From: Tubulanus polymorphus
Lineage: Eukaryota > Animalia > Nemertea
Assembly (NCBI RefSeq): GCF_964204645.1
Contig: NC_134025.1
Location: 31,414,299-31,478,298, forward strand
DNA: 64,000 nucleotides
Direction: 5' to 3'
The position numbers and the translations under genes are program-made. Of the stretch, positions 24,001 to 33,832 are shown piece by piece; position 1 is the stretch's first letter, and each line of letters begins with the position of its first letter. The notes under the pieces are model-generated. The model had not been told where the DNA came from. It was given only the letters and a program-made list of their open reading frames with translations, and searched no databases.

Positions 24001-27000
24001 TCTAAAGTTTGTTTACAAATGAATCTGATTTGTAAACACAACGGAACTTGTGATCAGGATTCAAACGGCAAAGCATTCTGCAGGTAATATAAATAGAATC
24101 ATAAAACATCGAGCTTTCTGTCTCTTGAAATCAGTTAATACCAGTTCTCAAATCTCAATTCAATATTTGACTCTGGGTTCAGTTTCACAGTACATTAGCC
24201 TCCATGAGGGTCGAGGTCAAATATTGATTGATCTCTTGTGTCAATAATGAGTCAAATTACATCAATGGATGGCAGTGAATAATAAGACACACTCATGGAA
24301 TGGAGGGATGAAAAAATCATTTAAATTTTTCGCGTGTTCTTTAAGAATTCAGTTCATTTTCAGACAGTAATTTCGATCCTGTTTAAAGAGTCAAATATTG
24401 ATTGTAATCTCAGGGTCCAGATGATCAGTCGTGGTATTAGATCCTAAGACTGGTCTCAAGTTGAGATTGGCCACAGAACGAACAGATCTGAGACTGGTCT
24501 AAAATCCAAGCCATGACTAGACAACTGGCTCCTAGATTGTCTTAAAGCATGTTCTAATCATGATATCTTATTACGATATTTCTTGCTGCTTTTCAATGAA
24601 TAAATCGATTTTCAATCAATTTATTGAGCTGAACTTTGAGAGCTACAGAATGGTGGTGTCTATCGTCAGGTCAAAAATACGTTTTTCAAAAACTATCTCC
24701 ATTCATTCGACCCTTGTGAAAATCTTACAAATGAATGAACTTTCTCGAAATATGCAAATTGCAAAGTACAGTACTGCAGTTGCTGAAAAGTTGGTTGAAG
24801 ATAACCGGCGGATAAATACCATAATAACAATTTATTTGTCACTATGTCAACTATCCACTACTGGTTAACTCTAGCCAACTTTTGATCATCTTCAGTCCCA
24901 GATTGATATTTTCATTAAAATCTATTGTTTCGTAATTTTTCATGACTAGATTTGAAAAACGTAGTGTAATTAACCTTGAAAAATCTTAAAGCTTCAACTT
25001 AAAATCGATGTCAAATTCAGGGATTAATTTGATGTTGATCTATGAGAAAACTGATTAAACAGAAGGAAATCACAATCAGATTAAAATCCGCTATATACAA
25101 ATTTAAAAATTAAATAACAGTTTATTGATCATAGTTAAAATGAAAAGTTCAAAGACTCAACATTTCAGATTCTACTCTTTAGAGACCATGGTCAGGTATC
25201 ATTGTAGCGGGTTTTATATCTGATTATCTATTCTCAAAGTGCGAGTTGGTACTGGGGCGATGTCTACTAGAATAATATGATTAAAAACTGACTGGGTTTT
25301 ATAATAATTAGGTGCAGCAGTTTCTATACTGGGCCTAGCTGTGAGCATGTTAATTCCAAATACTGCAAAAACTACTGTTTTAATGATGGAATTTGTCATC
25401 AATGTTTACTGAATGGAACCTGTTCAAGTTGTAGGTGAGAATCAACTTCCAAATTCCTCTTCTCTCTCTCTTTCTTATTCAGGACCTAGTTCCACAGTTG
25501 TAGGTCTAGTTTGACCTCAGACAGACATGAATACACTTTTAGATACTAATATTTTTAGGCTTCAATTACTCAAATCATCATCAGTCTCGCAGTCTATGCT
25601 GTGGAGGCAACACATCGTTCAAAAAAAGCCTCCACTCTTGGCGGTCCTCAGCCAGACGTATTCCTGGTTAGACTCTCCTCTAAGAATATCATAGATATGC
25701 TCAAAATCAGATTTAGATTTTACTATAATTACTCTGATTTGTGTTGGAAACTGCTCCCAAAGAGAAATGATGAGAACTGTGGAACCGGGTCCTGACGAGC
25801 ATTAATTATTATCTTCTGAATTAACTCTGTTATTAATCAAGAATTAACTGAAGGAAGAGGCATGTACTCTAACATATCTTTACTAACATATTTGTACTGT
25901 AAAACTCAGTGAAATCATTGTCACATAAACTGAAGTCATCTCTATTTTTGAGTCTCAATTTGTACCTTTCTAATTCAAATCAGTTGTAAGTCATCGTTGG
26001 GTTAAGTCCTCAACATACTATGAATTAAGCGAGTTTATCGATTGAAGAATATTTTCCCAGCTACATTCTGACATACGAGGTATAAATTCTTAATTTCAGT
26101 TGTCCGGATGGTTTTGCGGGTGTTCGTTGCGAGGAACATGCTCCTTCTAAAAGCGCAGCTGTTTCCAGTAACAGTAAGTAAAGTAGAAACAATTCTTCAA
26201 ATTCACTTGTGTTATTTATGGAAATTTATGAAATGCTGTTTTTGTATTTCAGAAATTCAAATAATAGTGATACCACTGGTAGTATTGTGTATAGTAGTTA
26301 TTTTGATTGTTGTTATCGCTGTTTGGATTTACAGACGCAGAAAACAGTAAGTTTATATATTACTGTTTATGAAATACGTGATCTATCTATGAAATTAAAG
26401 TCAGTATTGATGAACCTCTCTCCCTCTTCTGCCTTCATCATACGCCCCTTTCCTCTCTCTGGGGTGGATCTCTGGCTCTCACTGGACAATATCCTCCAAA
26501 AGGCAATACATATCAATTGAGGACAGACGATATATCCCCTGACTCGGCGAAGGCAAGACCCTCCTCCAGAAATTTCTGAAGTCTTCAAGGCTTCTTGGTC
26601 TTGAGTTAAGATAGTTCTGTTTCTAGTTCAACGGTCCCAGTTAGATTAGACTATAGAGTTGAGATTATGTAGTTCATCTCCGGACAATCAAATCTTAACT
26701 GAACTGAGTTGTGTATAGCTTCCGGGAATACTGTGTATTACAATGTATTACTGGGTCCTGCATAGCTTCCGGGAATACTGTGTACTACAATGTATTACTG
26801 GGTCCTGCATAGCTTCCAGAAATACTGTGTACTGCAATGTGTAACTGTGCTGAGTTGTAAGCTGATTTGTTGGTGTATTATTTTGTAGAAGTAAACCATT
26901 CAGACATCGACCGATGCACGAAGATGATGGAAGCATTCGTATTAATAATCCTATATATAGAGCTACAACTTATGAGGATGAGAATGTAGACCAACCATTT

Positions 27001-29147
27001 GATCCTGATAAGGTACGTGGTTTTATAGGTTTCTCTTACAGTATATAAAGTAGGGGTTTCATTGAGTATCAATCTGCTGCCTGGAACCTGCAACCCCCCT
27101 CAGACAATCTGCAGCCTGGAACCTGCCCCCCCCCTCAGACAATCTGCAGCCTGGAACCTGCCCCCCCCCCTCAGACAATCTGCAGTCTGGAACCTGCCCC
27201 CCCTCAGACAATCTGCAGCCTGGAACCTGCCCCCCTCAGACAATCTGCTGCCTGGAACTTGCCTCCCCCTCAGAATCCACTGATAAAATGTCTCTTATCT
27301 GACATTTGAAGTTCATTTTAAATCAAAAATATCTTGGGCGAAGCACTGAACACATGTGAAGTGTGGACGATCAGTTTTTGAAAATGTGCTGATGAAAAGC
27401 CTAATTTCTGGTGTTTGTAGTTCATTTTCAATTTAAACATACAGGATTGCAGGATCCAAGCATATTTAAACATACAGGGATGCAGGATCCAAGCAAATTT
27501 AAACATACAGGGATGCAGGATCCAAGCATACTTAAACATACAGGGATGCAGGATCCAAGCAAATTTAAACATACAGGGATGCAGGATCCAAGCATATTTA
27601 AACATACAGGGATGCAGGATCCAAGCATATTTAAACATACAGGGATGCAGGATCCAAGCATATTTAAACATACAGGGATGCAGGATCCAAGCATACTTAA
27701 ACATACAGGGATGCAGGATCCAAGCATATTTAAACATACAGGAATGCAGGATCCAAGCATATTTAAACATACAGGGATGCAGGATCCAAGCATATTTAAA
27801 CATACAGGGATGCAGGATCCAAGCAGATTGATTTCCCTTTAGATCAAAGTTTGCCCCTGGATTGAGTAGTTTTCATTCAAGATTTAGATAATCTTAACAA
27901 ACTGACTTCATCTACGATATTCTAATACGACTTTCTGAATTATGATAAATGCTTAAAATTCTATTTATGAAATTTTATTATTCTCTGATTTAACGCTGCG
28001 TAGTTTGCACTTTTAGAGATAGAATAATCAAGCACTGATCTCTGAATTTATCTCTTTAAACCTGAATCCAGTTCTACAGTTATTAGTTAGAATTTGACTC
28101 AGAATGGAATCAAATCTTAACTGCCGACTGTCGAACCTGGATCCTGCTCCTATCTAGAATTAAACCTATAGTCGAACTTGAACTAGTAAAACCTAAAGGG
28201 CAGAGTCCAGACTGAGGTTTCTGAGTTCAAGAGATCTAAGTCTTGGCTTTGGTCCTTGTAGGTTTTAGTTACAAAGCCTTTACTAATAGCTATTTGAATT
28301 ATACGCCCTTCTATATAAATTAGGGTGTACCTGCTGCCCCTGTTGCTCCGGCTGACCCTGAACTACAGGTATATTACATGTATAGATGTGTGTGTTGTGT
28401 TCTCTTCACTACTCTAGTAAAATGGTTGTTGTTGTAGTAAATGTTTTAGGAATGCAGTTTTAGTTCTGTCTATTGCTGTCTATTTGCTGTCTACTTGTTG
28501 TTTTTTTTGCAAATTGATAGATTGAATTGTTGCATGAGGTTTTTTATTTCGAACGCCTAAAAACAGAATATTGATTTTCAACCATTTTCATAGAACAAAC
28601 GGTTTTGGTTTTAGTTACAGTTTCGAATTCTTGTCCCTTGAATATTTGATTCTCAGTTTAGGTACCAGTCATAAAGTTTTTGCGCAGGATTTTGCTGATT
28701 TTCAATACCTTCCCTCTGGTTGTTTATAAGCTTCAAGAGTGCCTCCCCCCTCTAGAAAGCTTCATTTATAAAACTCAGGATTCAGTTCCGCTGTTTCACA
28801 CTTTATAGTTAAAAAACATAGGAGATGAACTAATTTCAATTCTTGAGTTAAACTTAACGAAAAACTGTGGAATTGGATCCTTAACTGTTTAACTTATCTA
28901 AGTTGATATTATAGCTGCATGCATAGTCCGTGTGAAATACCTATTATTTTATTTTAACACAGTTTTACTTGAATATAATTGTTTTATTTTATATTTTCAG
29001 CAAACAAATTTCTCGAATCCTGTTTACGATTCCGTGTTTGGGGAGAGTACTGGAACTGCATTACCAGACGAGGAACGCAAAGAATTATTGATTAACGACC
29101 AATTAGGAAAAACAGATTTAGACGATCCAAACGTTACATTTGCCTAA
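68..29147 (+). CDS. LRP1: Low-density lipoprotein receptor-related protein 1 (LRP1), 3' portion; 5' exons lie upstream of the window
   Basis: 55 phase-compatible exons read by hand: 68-328, 708-888, 1307-1431, 1508-1807, 2383-2511, 2598-2726, 3088-3355, 3777-4061, 4510-4667, 4809-4931, 5277-5519, 5853-6033, 6546-6750, 7104-7296, 7407-7535, 7912-8034, 8420-8656, 9088-9243, 9841-9972, 10395-10526, 10920-11045, 11150-11284, 11716-11964, 12327-12446, 12811-12954, 13033-13238, 13522-14119, 14488-14623, 14706-14821, 15213-15344, 15791-15913, 16047-16292, 16380-16496, 16646-16768, 17039-17161, 17297-17425, 17695-17811, 17985-18110, 18203-18331, 18418-18644, 18857-19006, 19868-20288, 20413-20598, 21078-21303, 21540-21647, 21723-21854, 22624-22772, 22904-23170, 23506-23631, 23939-24083, 25312-25434, 26100-26173, 26253-26346, 26889-27012, 29001-29147. 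They encode YWTD propellers, EGF modules, a 10-module and an 11-module LDLa cluster (as clusters III and IV of human LRP1), a furin site RPRR, a TM helix and a tail with NPIY and NPVY. LRP1-specific peptides include [26 protein letters not shown] and [13 protein letters not shown]. Confidence 0.96.
2883..3037. mobile_element. MITE, PIF/Harbinger-like
   Basis: Perfect 16-bp TIR aggcaggtttcgattg/caatcgaaacctgcct with TGA/TAA flanks. Confidence 0.7.
4102..4223. mobile_element. MITE family 1; degenerate copies near 350-490, 3550-3663, 6270-6353, 12683-12745, 24412-24533
   Basis: TIR tggggtcagttgcatagtcatg / catgattacacaaccggcccca and a shared internal gacttaagtccaaaagtg..ttaagaccagtc. Confidence 0.7.
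4956..5249. repeat. 30-bp minisatellite, ~10 copies
   Basis: Unit ttctcttaaagctgaaacaagtttaccaac. Confidence 0.95.
6123..6250 (+). mobile_element. Degenerate Penelope-like pLTR fragment with a hammerhead-like core
   Basis: CTGATGA-T-GACTAT(tagttt)ATAGCT-GAAAC-GTT at 6128-6161, followed by an AT-rich tail. Confidence 0.5.
7645..7805 (-). mobile_element. Possible RTE-clade LINE 3' fragment
   Basis: The minus-strand translation [12 protein letters not shown] resembles the R.L.W.GHV.R motif of RTE C-termini. It is decayed. Confidence 0.4.
8836..8963. mobile_element. MITE with CTG target-site duplication (PIF/Harbinger-like)
   Basis: ctg|agccaagttttacgaaaaag ... cttttttgtgaaactgggcc|ctg. A related partial copy lies at 10180-10280. 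Confidence 0.6.
9520..9732 (+). mobile_element. tRNA-derived SINE
   Basis: A box (tagttcagtgag), B box (ggttcgaatcc), (AAAC/ATAC)n tail and TACTGT TSD. A homologous copy lies at 48880-49022. Confidence 0.8.
12029..12256. repeat. 44-bp minisatellite formed from the left end of MITE family 2, ~5 copies
   Basis: Unit caggatccagttgcacagttgtgagttagagttaactctgatat; the array is closed by the right TIR aactgtggaactggatgctg. Confidence 0.9.
12463..12680. repeat. 34-bp minisatellite
   Basis: Unit ctgagccttcaccatccaggtcctgggctctacc. Confidence 0.9.
14150..14450. repeat. 22-bp minisatellite
   Basis: Unit gatatcatctcacagctatctc, decaying towards the 3' end. Confidence 0.85.
15510..15735. repeat. 29-bp minisatellite
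   Basis: Unit tctactgtagatcagagacaagcccacag. Confidence 0.9.
16520..16625. repeat. Palindromic acatgt-based minisatellite
   Basis: gttacatgtacatgtcgaatgtaacatgtacatgtt repeated. Confidence 0.8.
19021..19580. repeat. 20-bp minisatellite, ~27 copies
   Basis: Units cagttacactgtcctggagc / aagttacactgtcctgaagc. Confidence 0.95.
20689..20870. mobile_element. Penelope-like element remnant: tail plus perfect 54-bp inverted repeat, 12-bp TSD
   Basis: Arms 20726-20779 and 20817-20870 are exact reverse complements. GTTAGGTTGAAG is duplicated at 20677-20688 and 20871-20882. Each arm carries a hammerhead core. Confidence 0.8.
20814..20855 (+). ncRNA. Minimal type I hammerhead ribozyme motif (mirror copy on the - strand at about 20741-20782)
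   Basis: Reads CCAC-CTGATGA-T-GGCTGTT(agtc)AACAGCC-GAAAC-GTT-GTGG: stem I CCAC/GTGG, 7-bp stem II, conserved core and palindromic loop-less helix III. Confidence 0.7.
21865..22568. repeat. Polypyrimidine (CT) tract; similar purine/pyrimidine tracts at 1830-2112, 5530-5735, 11295-11632, 17830-17942
   Basis: Low-complexity CT/GA sequence inside LRP1 introns. Confidence 0.95.
27071..27275. repeat. ~35-bp minisatellite with a variable C run
   Basis: Unit aatctgcagcctggaacctg(c)n tcagac. Confidence 0.9.
27432..27823. repeat. 33-bp minisatellite, 12 copies
   Basis: Unit tttaaacatacagggatgcaggatccaagcata. Confidence 0.95.
28324..28368 (+). CDS. LRP1: Candidate alternative 45-nt cassette exon of the LRP1 cytoplasmic tail ([15 protein letters not shown])
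   Basis: TAG acceptor at 28321-28323, CAG/GTATAT donor, TACTAAT branch point at 28281. The exon is phase 0-0 like its flanks, has no stop codon and is GC-richer than the surrounding intron. Confidence 0.6.
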
Positions 29148-29879
29148 ATTTTGTAATTGTGACGAAAGACGTAAGAACTTTGGATATTGAGAATGATTAA
29201 CATAAACACCTATGAATACAGTTATAAAACTTGGTTTCTGGCCAAATTTTGATCTGAAAGGATTGTTGTCGCTTAATTCAAATTGTTAATACGCCAGACA
29301 ACACGTCGGGTCCGCAGTCAGTTCTCAGAATCTAGAATTCACTGTCACTGAGAACTTGGTTTATATTTGTTTGAGTCTTAAAGTCACACGAAAGCCTCAC
29401 AATTCAATATGGCTGACAGAAGCTGACGAGAGCTGTCAGCGGTGTTTATTTTTAAACTTATTACACATAGCATTTATTCAGTAAAACATTTGAAGTCGGT
29501 ATAAAATTGAATAGAAAGCAATAACTTAATTAATATTCATAACTTAATTAATATTCATGAGATTTCAGATACATTTTATGTTTATTATTCTGTTAGTGAT
29601 GATGCTCAGACAGCCAAACGGCCCAAGTCACAGCGAGGAAGAAATTAATCATTTTTTACTTGTAAAAACTTTTTATTCTATTGATATATGGCAAATAATG
29701 GATGTTTTAATGTGTTAACTTTCTATTTCTTTAGTGATAATTTTATTATTGAAGAGTCTTCAAAAGACTGTTAATAACGAAACTAATGGTATAAACGCTA
29801 CATGAATTATATTTATATATAGAGGTGATTTTTTAGAGAAAAAATCTCTGCTTCATGCGTGCTTGTATCAATTTGCTGC

Positions 29880-30435
29880 CTGGACTAGCCAGTAGATTCC
29901 TGGACCAGGCTCTAGATTCAGGGACTGGCCAGTAGATTCCTGGACCGGGCTGTAGATTCATAGACTAGCCAGATGATTCCTGGATCGGGCTGTAGATTCA
30001 GGGACTAGCCAGATAATTCCTGGACCGGGCTGTAGATTCATAGACTAGCCAGATGATTCCTGGATCGGGCTGTAGATTCAGGGACTAGCCAGATGATTCC
30101 TGGATCGGGCTGTAGATTCAGGGACTAGCTGGTAGATTCATGAACCAGCCTGCAGATCCAGACTGTTGATTCCTAAACTTGCCGGTACATTCTTGGACCA
30201 GCTTGCTGATTTATAGACCAGCCAGTAGATTCATAGACCAGCCTGCTGATTGATAGACCAGCCAGTAGATTGATAGACCAGCCTGCTGATTCATAGACCA
30301 GCCAGTAGATTGATAGACCAGCCTGCTGATTGATAGACCAGCCTGCTGATTGATAGACCAGCCTGCTGATTGATAGACCAGCCTGCTGATTGATAGACCA
30401 GCCTGCTGATTGATAGACCAGCCAGTAGATTGATA
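29880..30435. repeat. 20/40-bp minisatellite arrays in the presumed LRP1 3' UTR
   Basis: ctagccagatgattcctgga/tcgggctgtagattcaggga dimers, then ccagcctgctgattgataga monomers. Confidence 0.9.
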
Positions 30436-33400
30436 CTTGCGTTATGAAGGAGTACATTGTATATATTTGTATGTGCTTTAAGCACTGTGTGTGAAATGTA
30501 GCATTTTAAAATGGAATATCATCCTCTGTTTGTAAACTACCTGTATACGTTTATTATCTGTTACGAATTTCGGGTGAATTTTTCACCTTATATAAACAAA
30601 TGAAGCTTGCTTAAAAAACAGTAACTTTGTATATTAAGAAAATATGTACATAAAAGATAATCTACCATTCCTCGCGTGGTGAATCTTTTCTATACCGGTA
30701 GTTTCACAATTTATTTAACTGAATCGGACAATATTGAAGTAGAAAATGGTTTTATTTGTTTATGGGGAATGTTTTCGGGCATTAAAAGCTCTCTAACCAG
30801 TCGTGATGCTATACATGTAATATCAGCCAAGCTATTATTAGTATTTTATATGGTTATTATGAAACCATTTTCTCCTTCAAATTAAATAGATGAAGAATGA
30901 ATACTATTTTTGTAAGAACTGTTTTTGTCCAGAGCATAAAGTTGTTTCTTTTTGTTTTATTTCGATGTAGAATTATTCCCAATGTTTACCGTAATAAATA
31001 ACTAAGTTTCCCCCTTTTTCTACTCCTTGCTTTTAAGTTAATTAAACCTTTTTCAATTGTGTATATTTAACTTAGAATATATTTATGTTTTTGTAAACAG
31101 AAAAAGATCTTCCTATTCAAAACAAAGAGACCATCATATTCAGTCTTAATCTGCCAGACTTGCTTAATTCATTTCAGATGACCATTACGTTGATGACAGT
31201 TGTATGTCTGATGACTTAAACGAGTTTGACTTTACACATCTTAAATCTTAGAAAAATATAGATATGATTGATTTATGGATAACTTAGAACTTGAATGTTT
31301 AAAACATCCGATGGATTGAACCAGAAAATCGAGGCCCCTTCTTAATATTCACTGTGGTTCGCTATTTCTCAATCTCAATGTTGTCCTATAAAGAGTTACC
31401 CATATTTCATGTAATTTTCCAACGATATAAAGTACGTATAAACGTGAATATTGTAAAAAGTTGATTTTGGTTTTTCGAGAAGACAAGACCATTGATCTTC
31501 TCTGTGATTAGGGGAAGTGCCTAACCGAGTGTAACGTGCTATTTGCTAAAGATGTAAAAATAAAAGAAATCATGTTTTTCACTTGTCAAAAAAACAGTGA
31601 GTAAAATATATGTCGTCTTTGTAGTAAAAGTAATGAGTTTAATTCGTTCTTGTTTGAGGCTGGTTTTTCGCTTTTTTCAAAGGCAGAGTTGCTAAAATTG
31701 AATATCGTTACCTAAAGAAATATGGAAATGTCATTAGAAATTTAAGACGGATTCATAGTATAAGACTTAATTAGAATAAGGCGACACGCAGGTCCGTTTT
31801 TGTATGTAATAGGGAAATTTACGTTCCGGCGATAAAAATGTGCTATCATTTTAGTTCACAAAAAATCCGCTATCGTTATCTTTAGGGGCAGCACTGAACG
31901 GTTGAGATCTAATACAGCCTCGCGTTCTACTGTGGCATGTGAGGACTACCGAATCTCGCACGAGCCCCTGACTGCGTCCAAATACTTTGAAAAGGATTCA
32001 CCCCCCCCCCCCATTAATAATACCCATTAGCTGAAAGAAATTTGAGAAGGTGATGCTGAACGTTGAATCGCATCCCGAGGCCCGAAAACCAACAAAACCG
32101 TCAGGTGCTGCCACACCAGCACACTGGCGATCAGCTGATAGCTGGGTAAGTAAACAGTGGAAAGTCCCCAAAATGTTTCGCTGTGTAAGTCATTCATGTG
32201 TGACATTTGCTATTGCAGGCGTGACGAGCAGGGGTGTGAGACACTAGGGGAGGTCACTGATCAGTTTAGACGGGTTTAAGGGCTAGGGTGGGTGCACATG
32301 GCATGGGCCAGCCGCAGCCCTCCACCAAAAATTATTCATTATTGATTCCTGAAGAACAAAACAGACTTCACTAAATAATTAAAAGAAGACCTAATTAAAA
32401 CCAATTAATTGATTATATTTGAGTGTTTATTTAATGTTATTTACTGTTAGTTGACGCATGGTCAATGGTACAAATAGCTTGCAGGAGCTGCCCTTTATAT
32501 TCACTCAACTCAAACTGGTTCTGACTGAGAATTTACTGGTGTCGTAGTCTGTCTGGGGTCATCTAAGGGGTTCAGGGTTCTGGACCCCTGCCTGCCTGTT
32601 TGGGATGCTCTCTTGTTGTCGGGACAGCGATTGTTAAAACCTGCTGCGAATTTGACGCCAAACTCTTTTTTTTAGAAATTATGTAAGACCTTGTGACCTT
32701 TGTAAGTTAGTTAGTTACCTAATTGTTGGTGGAAAGCTTTTATAATCAGATGGTTTTATGGTTAAACCACGTACAGGCGAGTCATATTGTTTACTCAAAT
32801 ATCCTATCTCATATCTAGACAGGTCATCATTCGCTGTACCTGTGACCCTCAGAACTCTACTGAAATAACATTCGTGATATTCGAATGCCAAATGTCATAT
32901 CTATTCACCGATAACTTCATTATTGTCTTTATTACATATTATACGGGTATAATATCTGAGAGTGGTTGCAATTTAGAAAAAATTAACATTTTATCTGTGT
33001 AATTACAAAAAACCATTCCAGGTAAAGATATAATTTGTGAGTAATTGTAAATCCGGTTTAGTCGGTATATGCAGATAAGGGATTGATTTTGAAAGTTGAA
33101 GTTCATATTGAATTCACCTCGTCGCGTGTGCGTACGTTAGGCAGTCATTGTTGAGATATAAACCCGACACCTCAAACTGTGTCGTCGTCGTAGTAATCAA
33201 AGGTTTGCATTTTCAGTCTTTCAGTGATTCAAATGAGTGATAAATATTTTAATAATTTTAACACCAAATTCCGCAGCTTAATACTACACAGTTGAAATGG
33301 TTCTTTTCTAAAATTCTGATTCTGTTCAAAATGTTTATTTCTGATTGTAAAACTTGATCCTGTTTCTTCGAATTCATCATTCCTAAATTTATTTTGTGGA

Positions 33401-33832
33401 GCTCAACCCTAGAATGATTCTAATTACTGGTGACAAACTCTTTTCTAAATGTTTAACGATTTAAATTGGTCATAATTAGTTTTGTGGAATTGGATCATAT
33501 AGCTATCATTAGTTATGTGTATGGAATGAAAAGGTGGGTGTATTGTTCCCACACTGGTTAAACAGCCAAAAATGACCTTTCACAGTCAAAGGAGTATCCC
33601 TCAGTCCATGGTTTAGTTTTATGATCAGGTATTTTCTCATCTTGGTATAATAAATCCATCAGATTATAGAAGCTTATGACACCAATGACACCAATGGTTA
33701 GGTCACTGTGTGTGTCATAATAAATCATTATTATAAACCATGAATTTTGAGTCTTCATTTCATACGTTTCAGGTTTGGAAAATGTGTTGAATTTATAATT
33801 TGTGTAAAAGCGATGTGAAACGGAAAACAGAA

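Noticed and set aside
26520-26560. Possible HDV-like ribozyme (ggcgaagg); also the GC-rich stretches 31880-31975 and 60960-61100
   Set aside because: I could not build the nested double-pseudoknot pairings by eye.
27318-27842. Repetitive ORFs ([11 protein letters not shown])n on both strands
   Set aside because: A 33-bp intronic minisatellite that happens to lack stops in several frames; no splice support.
68-29147. Alternative identification as LRP2/megalin or LRP1B
   Set aside because: Peptide matches, the 11-module last LDLa cluster, the multi-EGF stalk and the two-NPxY tail fit LRP1.
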